Below, one piece after another: positions 8,455-18,089 of a DNA stretch of 61,244 nucleotides (position 1 is its first letter; each line of letters begins with the position of its first letter). The translations under genes were made by a program, and so were the position numbers. Source of the stretch: Gemmatimonadota bacterium (GTDB lineage: Bacteria; Gemmatimonadota; Gemmatimonadetes; Longimicrobiales; Gaopeijiaceae); NCBI GenBank assembly GCA_039589315.1, contig JBDHHQ010000019.1, forward strand, positions 1 to 61,244. The letters run 5' to 3'. Below the pieces are notes generated by a model. The model had not been told where the DNA came from and did not search any database. It worked only from the letters and a program-made list of their open reading frames with translations.

Positions 8455-11400
8455 CTAACGACCGAAGGTATCCTGGTCCCGTTGGCTGTAGTCGAATTTC
8501 AGGTCGCGGTTGTCGATGAGCGCCACGTCGAAGAGGAACGACCAGTTGCCGGTGGCCGTCTGCCTGAGGCTGAAGTTCGCCTCCCATCGGTGCAGGTCGC
8601 GCGTGAGGCGGACGATGTGGTCATTGAACGCCGCCGCCTCGACGTTGTACGAAGTGCGCCAGCTCAGATCCCAGTGCTGGGTGGGCTTCAGGTTCAGGGT
8701 CCACGAGAGCATCTGGTTCTTTTCCCTCGTGATGTCCCGGGGGCGAGTCAGGGAGTAGGTGAAGTTGGCGTTCCAGCCGCCGACACCGCTGCTGGATCGG
8801 CTCCTGCGGCGTTCATCTCGGCCGGTGAAGGATTCGCCGGGAGTGCCGGGGATCATCGTCTGCTCGTCGGTGCCCGAGCGCACGGCAAAGGGATCCTCGT
8901 CGGCTTCGAAGGGCTCCTCGGGACCCGCCCCGCCCCCGCCGCGGAAGATCCTGAAGATTCCCGACGTCGACCCCAACGAGAAACCCAGGTTCAGCTGGGA
9001 GAGGTGAGGATCGAAAGCACGGTCCACCGCCTCGGTCTCGAGGTCGATGTCGTCCCTGAACAGGTCGTGCTCCATGGAGATGGTGAATCCCCTGAGGAAG
9101 TCGGAGCTGATCTGGTTGGTGATCCTCGTGGTCGTGAAGCCCTGGTCGAAAGCCCCCAGGGAATCCGCCCGCACGAAGTCGTAGGTCAGCGCGCTGGTGT
9201 TGATGGCCAGGAGCTTCACGACGCGGGAAGGCTCCATACGGCCGGGGCCGTCAGCCCGCTCCGCGCCGGGCCGGAGGGCGGCCGCCGCCTGTCCGACGCT
9301 GTCCACGGGAAGACCGAGGCTGTCGGCCCGGAGGCTGTCGGACAACGCAGTGAGGCTGTCCACGGGGAGCGCGGCCGCGCCGTCTGCCGTCGGCTCTTCC
9401 TCCGAGGGCTCTCGCTTGGCCTCGAAGGTCTGGTTGAGGCCGATCCGAAGCTCGTTCTTGGTCCGAAGGTCGCCGCCTCCGAAGACATCGCGCTGCAGAT
9501 CCGTGGGGGTGGACGAGGGCGTGTACGCCCAGGTGAACGAGGGTGAGAACTTGTGCCGCATGGCCTCGAACGGTCCCAAGCCACCCCAGAAGCCATAGAT
9601 GTCGGTCTTCAGCTGCGCACCTGCGGAGATCCGCACCGGCGCGGCCACGAAGTTGCTGACCTCGGGGATGGAGTCGGCGAGCCAATCGGAGCGGCGGGAC
9701 TGCCCGGAGATGGCGAGGGCCGGGGTGAGGGTGGTGGACCCGATCAAGGTCTGCTGGTAGTCCACGCTCATGGACCAGTTCACGTCGGCCTGCGCCAGGT
9801 CCATGGGTCCGGCTTCCTCGTCCAGAAAGCTGGTCCCCCGGCGCGGCGCGTAGTCGATGGGAGACAGAAGCGCCTGGGCGGCCGTGGTGTCCTCCGGCGG
9901 ATTGAGGAAGAGATCCGGCACGTCCTTGGTCACGGCTTCCGAGAAGGAGACGCTCTGAGACCAGCTGAATGCGCCGAGGTTGAAGGCGCTGGATGCGCTG
10001 GCACGTGTGTTCACCTGGTCAGCCACGGATCGGGTGAAGAGGTCGTCGGGCACCTCCGACAGGTTAAGCGACGAACGGTTGTAGCTTCCTCCACCGGACC
10101 AGGTCAGGTTGTTGTACCAGCTCGACCGGTTCGCCGGAGCCCGGAAGAACGTCATGGGGGACAGCGACAGGTTGGCCGTCGGCAGCGTGGTCTCGATGCG
10201 GTCGTCCGACAGGAACTGACGGCGGTTCCCCCCCAGGGACAGCGTGCCCCAGTTGAAGCGCCTGCTCAATCCTCCGTTCGAGTCGATGGACTGGGTGATC
10301 TCCTGAGGGTCGAAGGAGTTCTCGCGTACGAAGTCGTTGTTGGAGGAAAAACGAGCGGACAGCCGGACGTTCGTGCGCTCGTCGGGCGCCCACGCGTGCT
10401 GTGTGTCGAACGCCAGCTCCTGTCGGCCGTCCACGCGCCAGAACTGGCGGTAGTCGATCCCTCCGCTCAGAAACTGCTTCAACCAGCTGTAGCGCAGGGT
10501 ACCGGTGAGGGCCGTGTAGTTGTTGTCCCACCAGTCCAGACCCAAGGACATGTCCATGTAGTCGTTCGTGGCCCAGTAGAAGCCGACGTTGGAGATTCGG
10601 CGGTCGTAGCCCTCGGAATTACGCACGATGTCGTTGATGGAGAAGCGCGGGGTGAGGAGCCCGCTGGAGCGGTCCGTGTTTCCGACGTTCTGGGCGATGA
10701 AGGGCAGCCACGCCACGGGCACGTCGCCGAAGTACAGCGTAACGGGCCGGGCCACCAGCCAGCTCCCGCTGTGGATCTTCACCTGGCCCGCCATGAAGTG
10801 ATAGTGTGGCTCCTCCTCCTGGCACGACGTGAATCGGGCGTGGCTCCCGTACACGAGCTCCGCGTTGACCGATGGGAGGTCACCCCGCACCGTCCACTCA
10901 CCACCCTGGGTGTAGGTCGTCGTCGCGCCGAAGGCGGTGCCGCGCCGCTCTTCCGTGTCGAAGATGACCTGTTCGCTGGTGAGCTCGTCACCTTGGCTGG
11001 GCACGAGCACGGCCTCGCCGCCCTGGGTCCGCATGCGTTGCGACTTTGGGTCGTAGATCACCGTGTCGGACCGGATCTCACCCTCGTCACGACGGATGCG
11101 GGCGGGCGTGCCCTCCGAACCGATGAGCACGAGGCGGCGATCTGAGTCGAGAACGGCTTCTTCGCCGGCATACTCGGTGAAGGAATACCCTTCTAGGGCG
11201 GCGAGCGCCGCGAGGGTGGAGTCACCCCCCGGGGCCACGGCGCGCGGCGCCCCGGAGCCGGCGCCTGTCGGCCCCCGGCCCCCTCTGCGCGCCTCGATGG
11301 CATCGGCCGAGTCCTGCAGCGCCCGGAGCTCGACGGAGTCCACACCCGGCGGCCGGGCCAGGCGCTGAAGGCGTTGGAGCACGCGTAGGCGGGTGGAGTC

Positions 11401-11559
11401 CACCGGCGTGGCCAGGCTGTCTGCGAGGGTGGTGGAGTCGGACGGCGCCACGTCCTGGGCGGCGCCCGGCGAGGCCGCGGCCCCCAGCGCGACGACGGAC
11501 AACGCCGTGAGCGCCGGCGTCCAGCGCCGCCTCGCCCGCTCCTGTCGTCCCGTCGTCAC
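8455..11559 (-). CDS. lptD: LPS-assembly outer-membrane protein LptD (large form)
   Basis: Signal peptide, beta-jellyroll-like region, FTSC...PHYHF...VARPVTLYFGDVPVAWLPF, RSSGLLTP, C-terminal beta-barrel ending LTRDLHRWE. Confidence 0.85.
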   Translation of the reverse strand: MTTGRQERARRRWTPALTALSVVALGAAASPGAAQDVAPSDSTTLADSLATPVDSTRLRVLQRLQRLARPPGVDSVELRALQDSADAIEARRGGRGPTGAGSGAPRAVAPGGDSTLAALAALEGYSFTEYAGEEAVLDSDRRLVLIGSEGTPARIRRDEGEIRSDTVIYDPKSQRMRTQGGEAVLVPSQGDELTSEQVIFDTEERRGTAFGATTTYTQGGEWTVRGDLPSVNAELVYGSHARFTSCQEEEPHYHFMAGQVKIHSGSWLVARPVTLYFGDVPVAWLPFIAQNVGNTDRSSGLLTPRFSINDIVRNSEGYDRRISNVGFYWATNDYMDMSLGLDWWDNNYTALTGTLRYSWLKQFLSGGIDYRQFWRVDGRQELAFDTQHAWAPDERTNVRLSARFSSNNDFVRENSFDPQEITQSIDSNGGLSRRFNWGTLSLGGNRRQFLSDDRIETTLPTANLSLSPMTFFRAPANRSSWYNNLTWSGGGSYNRSSLNLSEVPDDLFTRSVADQVNTRASASSAFNLGAFSWSQSVSFSEAVTKDVPDLFLNPPEDTTAAQALLSPIDYAPRRGTSFLDEEAGPMDLAQADVNWSMSVDYQQTLIGSTTLTPALAISGQSRRSDWLADSIPEVSNFVAAPVRISAGAQLKTDIYGFWGGLGPFEAMRHKFSPSFTWAYTPSSTPTDLQRDVFGGGDLRTKNELRIGLNQTFEAKREPSEEEPTADGAAALPVDSLTALSDSLRADSLGLPVDSVGQAAAALRPGAERADGPGRMEPSRVVKLLAINTSALTYDFVRADSLGAFDQGFTTTRITNQISSDFLRGFTISMEHDLFRDDIDLETEAVDRAFDPHLSQLNLGFSLGSTSGIFRIFRGGGGAGPEEPFEADEDPFAVRSGTDEQTMIPGTPGESFTGRDERRRSRSSSGVGGWNANFTYSLTRPRDITREKNQMLSWTLNLKPTQHWDLSWRTSYNVEAAAFNDHIVRLTRDLHRWEANFSLRQTATGNWSFLFDVALIDNRDLKFDYSQRDQDTFGR

Positions 11560-11581
11560 CGTTCCCCAGCCCGACCCGCCG

Positions 11582-12385
11582 TCACCCTGTTCCGACGGCT
11601 CCGGCGGGCGGCTCCATGGATGCTTGCAGCTCTTCCCGCTCCCGCCGCCGCGAGATCAGGCGAGACATTACGATGCTGAACTCGTAGAGGAGAATGAGGG
11701 GGGCCATCATCAACACCGTGACAGTGATCACGTCTCCAGGAGAAAGCAGGCTCGCCAGCACCGTGATGGCCACGATCGCGTGCCGGCGCTTCGATTTGAG
11801 AAACTCCGGCGTCACGAGGCCCAGGGCCGTCAGGATCATGACCACCACCGGAAGCTCGAACACGACCCCGAACGCGATGAGCAGTCGGGTCACGAATCCC
11901 AGGTATCGGCCGACCTCGATGGACTGCTCCAGATAGCCGGCCTGGAAGCCCATCAGGAAAACCAGCGAGAGGGGCAGCGCCAGGTAGTAGGCCATGGCCA
12001 CGCCGGCACAGAACAGCACCAGCCCCATGTACATGCTGGGGATGATCACGCGCCGCTCGTGCCTTTCCAGTGCCGGCGACAGGAAGGACCAGACGTGATA
12101 GACGACGACGGGAAAGGAGAGGATGATCCCCACCACCAGGGCGAGCTTCAACGTGATGAAGAAGGGGTCCGCCGGGGAGAAGTACTTGAGGCGCTGGCCC
12201 TCCTCCAGCAACGGCCGGATCGGCCGGATCAGGATCTCCATCACCCCGAAGTAGTGAACCAGCAGAAAGCCACCGACGGAGGCGATCACCAACGCCAGAA
12301 GGCTCCAGATGATCCTCCATCGGAGCTCCTCGAGGTGGTCGAGAAACGGCATCTCGCCGCGCTTAGCGGCCGGCTCGGACGTCAT
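11582..12385 (-). CDS. tatC: Twin-arginine translocase subunit TatC
   Basis: EMPFLDHLEELRWR, FGVVFELP, PGD...LLYE motifs; multi-TM profile. Confidence 0.97.
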   Translation of the reverse strand: MTSEPAAKRGEMPFLDHLEELRWRIIWSLLALVIASVGGFLLVHYFGVMEILIRPIRPLLEEGQRLKYFSPADPFFITLKLALVVGIILSFPVVVYHVWSFLSPALERHERRVIIPSMYMGLVLFCAGVAMAYYLALPLSLVFLMGFQAGYLEQSIEVGRYLGFVTRLLIAFGVVFELPVVVMILTALGLVTPEFLKSKRRHAIVAITVLASLLSPGDVITVTVLMMAPLILLYEFSIVMSRLISRRREREELQASMEPPAGAVGTG

Positions 12386-12428
12386 CGAGGTGAGGACAGG
12401 GTGAGCGGAGGGCTCGGCAAGAGCCCCC

Positions 12429-12935
12429 CTACCCCGCTTCCAGAGGAAGCTCGACCTGACTCCGGGCCCGGGCTTCCAAAACGGTGCGGGTGTTCATCTC
12501 GTCTACGAATTCCTGGAACTCGTCGGCGTCCTGGAAGTTCCGGTAGACCGAAGCGAACCGCACGTAGGCGACCCTATCCAGAGGCTTCAGCCGATCCATG
12601 ACCTTCTCGCCGATAACGGCGCTGGGAACCTCGAGGCCGGCTCCGCTGGAGAGCTCGTCCTCGATGGCGTCGACCAGCTGCTCGATGGCTGAGGCCGAGA
12701 CGGGGCGCTTCGCGCATGCCACCTTGATGCTCGCGATGAGCTTCGTGCGGTCGAACTCCTCGACGCTGCCGTCGCGCTTCAGCACTTGCAGGGTCTGGGC
12801 TTCCACGTACTCGTAGGTGGTGAAGCGGGCACCGCAATCCGTGCACTCGCGTCGGCGCCGCACGGCCCGGCCTCCTCGGCTCGTGCGCGTGTCGACCACA
12901 CGGTTGTCGGCGGAGTCACACTGGGGGCAGCGCAT
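12429..12935 (-). CDS. nrdR: Transcriptional repressor NrdR
   Basis: MRCPQC...RRRRECTDCGARFTTYE zinc ribbon, ATP cone, VAYVRFASVY. Confidence 0.98.
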   Translation of the reverse strand: MRCPQCDSADNRVVDTRTSRGGRAVRRRRECTDCGARFTTYEYVEAQTLQVLKRDGSVEEFDRTKLIASIKVACAKRPVSASAIEQLVDAIEDELSSGAGLEVPSAVIGEKVMDRLKPLDRVAYVRFASVYRNFQDADEFQEFVDEMNTRTVLEARARSQVELPLEAG

Positions 12936-13034
12936 GGTCAGTCGCCGGGGGTGGGCGTACCCCAGGGAGCGGACGCCCTGGCTTCGCGGTCCGAGGCTGC
13001 CGCGGCCGCCGTCCGCCGGGGGGCGGAGGCGTGC

Positions 13035-13904
13035 CTACCGCAGCTCCCGGAGCTTTTCCTGGGCCAGGTCGGCAACGTCGCTCTCCGGGAAGGTGTTCAC
13101 GACGCGCTCGAAGCTCGCGATGGCGTCGCCCGTGTCGCCCATGTCGGCCTGGAGCAGGCCCACGCGGTACACGGCCCACGGCACACGCTCGGCGGACGGG
13201 TAGAGCTCGGGGATCCGGTTGAACGCATCGATGGCCTCGGCCAGCCGACTTTCCTGCACAAGGATGTCCGCGAGGTAGTACTGGGCGTCGGGGGCCAGGG
13301 CGTGGCTGGGGTAGGCCTGGAGGAACTGCTCGAAGGCCCGGCGCGCCGTGCCCATCGATCCCCGGTTGAAGTTCGTCACGCCGGCGTTGAAGGTCTGCCG
13401 TGCTGCGTCACCGGCCTCCGCCGGGTCCACCGCCGTGCTGTCCCCGGTCATGACGGGCATGACCGCCTGCCGCCGCTGCTGCTCCAGCTGGTCACGAAGC
13501 CCCGCGATCGTACGCTGGCTCTGACCCGCCAACTCCTGCAACGTGATGAGCTGATCTTGAATGGCCAGGAGCTGGAGGTTGGTGTCCCCCCGCAGCTCGA
13601 ACAAGGACTCGGCGCTCGCTTGCACCGAATCCTGGGTGGCCAGCGTGAGGCGCTGGAGCGCCTCGATCATCCTCTCCTGACGAGCCATCGCGTCGAGAAG
13701 TTGCTCCTCCAGCTCGCGCACGTCCGACTTGGTGGCGCACCCGGCCACGAAGCCCAGGCTGAGGAGCACGGTCAGCATGCGGCGGGGGCTCACCCAAACG
13801 GACCCGGGACGGACCATCCCGTCCCGGGTCGCGGTGGCGGTCGCAGGGGTGGCGAGCCTGGCGACGACTCCCGACCCGCGTCCGTCTTCCGATCGGGATT
13901 TCAT
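13035..13904 (-). CDS. cpoB: Tol-Pal coordinator CpoB/YbgF (start uncertain)
   Basis: Lipobox-like VAGC, coiled coil, C-terminal TPRs (YPSHALAPDAQYYLA); directly after pal. Confidence 0.85.
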   Translation of the reverse strand: MKSRSEDGRGSGVVARLATPATATATRDGMVRPGSVWVSPRRMLTVLLSLGFVAGCATKSDVRELEEQLLDAMARQERMIEALQRLTLATQDSVQASAESLFELRGDTNLQLLAIQDQLITLQELAGQSQRTIAGLRDQLEQQRRQAVMPVMTGDSTAVDPAEAGDAARQTFNAGVTNFNRGSMGTARRAFEQFLQAYPSHALAPDAQYYLADILVQESRLAEAIDAFNRIPELYPSAERVPWAVYRVGLLQADMGDTGDAIASFERVVNTFPESDVADLAQEKLRELR

Positions 13905-13905
13905 G

Positions 13906-14511
13906 CTATTGGCTTACACCCCCCGGTTGGATCTGGTCCCGGCCCGTCGTGATCACGAACTCGACGCGCCGATTCTGCGACCACGCGGCTTCCGTGCTCT
14001 CCGGCACGAGAGGTCGTTCCTCACCGAACGACACCGTGCTGAATCGGGTGTCCGAAAGGCCGAAGCCGGCGAAGAAGTCCACGACGCTCTGGGCGCGGCG
14101 GTTGCCGAGGGCGAGGTTATACTCGGTCGAGCCCCGCTCATCGGCGTGTCCCTCCAGCCGCAGCTCCACGCCAGAGAAGTCGCGGAGGATGTCGAGCTTC
14201 TGCCGGAGCGCCGATTCGGCCGCGGCCGTGAGGCGAGATTGGTCGAACTCGAAGAAGACCCGCTGCTCCAGGATGCCGATCAGCCGGCCCCGCTCCGCCT
14301 CCGCTCGCCGGGCCGCTTCCGCTGAGCGCAGCCGCTCCGCCTCCGCGGCCGCCTCGGCAGCCGCGATGGAATCCGCAACCCGTTGCGCCTCGAGCTCTTC
14401 TGCGGTGGGCCCGCTTGGCCCGGGTGTCTCGGCGGGTGGATCGTTGCTGCTGCAGGCGGCCAGTACGACTGCCGTGATCACCGCGGGAAAGATGTAGCTG
14501 CGGAATCTCAT
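13906..14511 (-). CDS. pal: Peptidoglycan-associated lipoprotein Pal (OmpA family)
   Basis: LAAC lipobox; VFFEFD, EGHADERGSTEYNLALGNRRA, NRRVEF. Confidence 0.95.
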   Translation of the reverse strand: MRFRSYIFPAVITAVVLAACSSNDPPAETPGPSGPTAEELEAQRVADSIAAAEAAAEAERLRSAEAARRAEAERGRLIGILEQRVFFEFDQSRLTAAAESALRQKLDILRDFSGVELRLEGHADERGSTEYNLALGNRRAQSVVDFFAGFGLSDTRFSTVSFGEERPLVPESTEAAWSQNRRVEFVITTGRDQIQPGGVSQ

Positions 14512-14663
14512 TCCATCTCCTGCCTACGTGAGGCATCGGGCCCGCGCACCGGGTTCGGGCCGGATCTGTCGATCGAGGGGCGTCGCTCTCGACACCCCAG
14601 CGCGAAGGGGGGCCGCCCGGCCGGAGCCTCCGCGAGGAACCGTAAAAGCATACAGGATATATA

Positions 14664-16058
14664 CTAGAAGCCGGTGCTACGCAACGCCCCGGACGCGTCC
14701 GGTCCGAGGGCCGGCGACCACTCCGGCACGCGCACGCTCCGACCGGTCACGAGCGGACGGATCTTGCCGCTGGCGCCATCCACGACGAACAGCCCGTGGC
14801 CCCAGCTGCGCTCCCCAACGAAGACCAGGTGGCGGCCGTCGGGGGCCCAGCTCGGATCCTCGTTGTTCCCTTCCCACGTGAGCTGACGGAGTCGTCGCCC
14901 CCGATCCGCGACCTCGGCCACGAGGATCTGATAGCGGCCTCTCTCGATACGGCCGTGGAACGCCACCCGGTCCGCGGTGGGGGACCAATCCGGCGACGTG
15001 TAGTATCCGCCCCGTCCGTACTCGTACGGCGAGATCAACTCCGCGTCCCCGCCGTCAGTCGGCATGACGTAGATCTGGGGGGTGGCGGTCCCCAGCCGGT
15101 TCGAGTTGAAGGCCATCTGTCGACCGTCCGGAGAGAAGGTGGGCGACAGGTCGTTGTACCGTCCCCCGGAGAGGCGCACGAGGCAACACTGCCGCTCGAC
15201 GTCGTAGCTGAAGACGCCGCTCTGGCCCCCGCCGGCCACGGCGAAGGCCAGGCGCTGGCCGTCGGGATGGTAGGCCGGCGAAAAGACGTCGCCCGTCCGC
15301 ACCACCGGGATATTGCGCTCCACGCCCGTGACGAGGTCGAGCTCGTACAGGCGCGCGCCCACGCCGTCCTTGTACGACGCGAAGGTCAGCCTACGCCCAT
15401 CCGGCGACCACGCCGGGTTGAGGGTCAGATCGCCATAGCCGGTCACGCGTCGCAGGTTCTCCCCGTCGGAGTCGATGGTGTAGATCTCCTGGATCGACAA
15501 TCCCTCCGGGTTCGCGCTGCGGATGGAAAAGGCGATCCGGCTCGCCGCCATGCCCGGCTCGCCGGTGATCCACTCCACGACCTCGTCCGACACCCGGTGG
15601 ACCGCCATCCGAAAGTCCGGCGAGGACGGCTCCGGCACGGGGAAGCGGCCTCGCGTGCGCATCTGGGAGTACACGATGTCGTGCAGCTCCAGGATCAGGA
15701 TGTATCCGTCCCCGCTCCCCTCGACCTGACCGCTCAGGAGCCAGGTGGTCCCCAGCTGGTCCCAGAGCCGATAGTCGATCCCTTCTCCCAGGACACTGCC
15801 CGGCAACGAGTCCATGACCTGGAAACGATCGCTGTACCGCAGGTCGCGTGCGATGATCGCCTCCACCTGACCCGCGGCCGAGCCCCCGCCGAAGCGGGAG
15901 CCGAAGGGCTTGATGGCCAGCGCCTGCAGGGTGCTGGTCTCGTAGATCAGACCGAGGGTGGCTCCGGGGATGCTGTCCCGCTGCTGCGCGTCCCCCCGCC
16001 CGGGCACGATCGCCGCCCCCAGCAGCGAAGCCAGGACGGCCGTCCCGATCCTACCCAT
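14664..16058 (-). CDS. tolB: TolB beta-propeller protein (start uncertain)
   Basis: TolB N-domain followed by PD40 repeats (PAWSPDG, PTFSPDG, PSWAPDG). Start trimmed to avoid overlap with the upstream gene. Confidence 0.9.
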   Translation of the reverse strand: MGRIGTAVLASLLGAAIVPGRGDAQQRDSIPGATLGLIYETSTLQALAIKPFGSRFGGGSAAGQVEAIIARDLRYSDRFQVMDSLPGSVLGEGIDYRLWDQLGTTWLLSGQVEGSGDGYILILELHDIVYSQMRTRGRFPVPEPSSPDFRMAVHRVSDEVVEWITGEPGMAASRIAFSIRSANPEGLSIQEIYTIDSDGENLRRVTGYGDLTLNPAWSPDGRRLTFASYKDGVGARLYELDLVTGVERNIPVVRTGDVFSPAYHPDGQRLAFAVAGGGQSGVFSYDVERQCCLVRLSGGRYNDLSPTFSPDGRQMAFNSNRLGTATPQIYVMPTDGGDAELISPYEYGRGGYYTSPDWSPTADRVAFHGRIERGRYQILVAEVADRGRRLRQLTWEGNNEDPSWAPDGRHLVFVGERSWGHGLFVVDGASGKIRPLVTGRSVRVPEWSPALGPDASGALRSTGF

Positions 16059-16083
16059 CCCACGTCTGGTCGCCTTCAGGGGC

Positions 16084-16863
16084 CTACCCACCGTCTTCCG
16101 GGTGCTCTGCATCGTCATCCTCTCGCACCGCATCGGGCGCGAAGCTGAACTGGATGGGCAGGCGGTCGAACGGGTAGTCCTCGGGGAGTGCCCCGAGCCG
16201 CCCGCTTGCACACTCCACCGTGCCCATCATCTCGAAATCGAATTCCACGTTGCCCGACTGCCGTACCACCTCGATGCTCGCGTCGGGGATGGTGCCGTCC
16301 CTTTCGACGACGAAGCGGAGCACCGTGGTTGGATTGCCACCGCCCTGCCATCTGAAACACCGGCGCATCTGCCGGATGATGTTGTTGTAATACGCGGGAT
16401 AGTCCCGTCTGAGCCCTTCGATCCGAACGTTGAGGTCTTCCCCGGACTCGGCCGCGTCCGCCGTGGGCTCCTCCGCCGCGGCTTCCGAGGGCGGTTCGTC
16501 GGGCTCGCTCGGCGGTGTCGTCTCCGCCGGTGGCTCCTCGGGGATTGGCTCGGGCTCCTCCTCGACCTCCTCCGGCTCCTCTTCCGGATCCTCCTCGGGC
16601 AGCGGCGGGATCGGATCCTCTTCGGGCGGCGCGGGCTCGGGGTCGGGCCGTTCCACCACCAGCTCCTCCTCCCGGGCAGGCTGTGGCTCTTCGGCCATGT
16701 TGGCCGGCGGCGGCGATACCAGGTCGATCTCGTAGACCACGTACTCGACGGGCGCCGCCTCGCTCGTCTGGGTCCACCAAGCCAGCAGCAGGGCCGCTAC
16801 GTGCACCACGGCCGATCCGGCGAACGGCGCCCGCCCGGGCCGCTCGGTCCGTGTCTTATCCAT
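16084..16863 (-). CDS. TolA/TonB-family energy transducer
   Basis: TM segment SAVVHVAALL, Pro/Glu-rich spacer, TonB-C-like domain (F.VERDG.I...SGNVEFD). Start 16863 or 16893. Confidence 0.85.
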   Translation of the reverse strand: MDKTRTERPGRAPFAGSAVVHVAALLLAWWTQTSEAAPVEYVVYEIDLVSPPPANMAEEPQPAREEELVVERPDPEPAPPEEDPIPPLPEEDPEEEPEEVEEEPEPIPEEPPAETTPPSEPDEPPSEAAAEEPTADAAESGEDLNVRIEGLRRDYPAYYNNIIRQMRRCFRWQGGGNPTTVLRFVVERDGTIPDASIEVVRQSGNVEFDFEMMGTVECASGRLGALPEDYPFDRLPIQFSFAPDAVREDDDAEHPEDGG

Positions 16864-16929
16864 ACCCGAGGTGACGTCGGCCCGCCGCTGCATTGCACAC
16901 CGAGCGGCCGTCCCGTGTGGACACGGCCA

Positions 16930-17370
16930 TCATCGCCGCGGGGGGGGACGCTCCGCCACCAGCGCGTACCGGAACCCCTCCTCCCGGGCCACGTTGGCGA
17001 TCGTCGCGATCACCCTGAGCGCGCTTCCGTACGAGGCCATGGAGTCGGCCATCACGTGTATGATGTCCGGAGCCGCGGCCCGCGCCATCTGGGGGAAGGC
17101 ACTCTCGAAGTCGTCTGCCGACATGGGCGTCTCGCCTACGTAGACGGTCCCCTCCCGGTCCACCGTCACGATGAACGGCTCGTCCTGCTGGTTGACCGCC
17201 GATACGTCGGCCCGCGGGACGCTCACCTCCACGCCCCCCTGGAGGATCGGCGCCGTGATGATGAAGATCACGAGCAGTGTGAAGGCGACGTCCACGAGGC
17301 TGGTGACGTTGATTTCCGCCGTGATCGGGAGGTCTCTGCGGTCGCGGCGCCGAGGGCTACCCAGGCTCAC
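16930..17370 (-). CDS. tolR: TolR/ExbD biopolymer transporter
   Basis: AEINVTSLVDVAFTLLVIFIITAP signature. Confidence 0.9.
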   Translation of the reverse strand: MSLGSPRRRDRRDLPITAEINVTSLVDVAFTLLVIFIITAPILQGGVEVSVPRADVSAVNQQDEPFIVTVDREGTVYVGETPMSADDFESAFPQMARAAAPDIIHVMADSMASYGSALRVIATIANVAREEGFRYALVAERPPPRR

Positions 17371-18089
17371 ACCCGACCCTCCCTGGCCAGCGTCCCGATG
17401 AACTCGCTCGAGAAGCCCTCCAGCTCGCCGCTCACGAGGTTGAGCCTGGCCACGAAGTAGTTGTAAGCGATCACCGCGGGGATGGCGACGGCCAACCCCA
17501 CCACCGTCGTGATCAGCGCTTCGGCCACTCCCGGCGCCACCGCGCCGATGTTGGCCGAGCCCGTCGCCGTGATGCCCAGGAAGGCGTTCATCACCCCGAT
17601 GACCGTCCCCATGAGGCCGAGGAGCGGGGAGATGGAGCCGATGATGGCCAGCCAGACGAGCCCGTGGGCGAGAGCGTCGCGCTCTTCGGCCTCCTCCTTC
17701 TCCAGGACGAGACGGAGCGCCTCGAGCTGGGTCGATGACAGGCCTTGAACGGGACCCGCGCCCTCGCGCAGGGAGCCGGGCCGCAGCTCGCTGAAAAAGC
17801 TCACGCCCTGCCGAAAGACACGCCCGTAGGGCGAGTCGGGCAGCGAGAGCATGGCCTTGTATGCGTCATCGAGGCGTTGCGCCCGCTCCATCTGCTCGAG
17901 GAAACGGTCACCCTGATCCCGCACCTCCCGAAAATGCCGCCACTTCCAGAAGATCAAGACCCAGCTCGCGAACGAGAACACGGCCAGCGTCAGCAGGACG
18001 AGCTGGGTCGGGAGCGTGCCCCCGATCACCATGTCCAGCGCGGTCTGGGGTGGGCGGGCCTGCGTCAGGAGGGAAGCCGCAGCCGTCAC
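17367..18089 (-). CDS. tolQ: TolQ/ExbB/MotA proton channel
   Basis: SPLLGLMGTVIG and VAPGVAEALITTVVGLAVAIPAV motifs. Confidence 0.93.
   Translation of the reverse strand: MTAAASLLTQARPPQTALDMVIGGTLPTQLVLLTLAVFSFASWVLIFWKWRHFREVRDQGDRFLEQMERAQRLDDAYKAMLSLPDSPYGRVFRQGVSFFSELRPGSLREGAGPVQGLSSTQLEALRLVLEKEEAEERDALAHGLVWLAIIGSISPLLGLMGTVIGVMNAFLGITATGSANIGAVAPGVAEALITTVVGLAVAIPAVIAYNYFVARLNLVSGELEGFSSEFIGTLAREGRV

Noticed and set aside
11556..12320. 254-aa alternative-frame ORF overlapping tatC and abutting the lptD start
   Set aside because: Out-of-frame read of tatC with R/G/P-rich composition and no family signal.
14640..14655. CCGTAAAAGCATACAG resembling a proteobacterial LexA box upstream of pal
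   Set aside because: One mismatch in the core, LexA boxes are phylum-specific, and none is seen at uvrB. More simply an AT-rich promoter patch.
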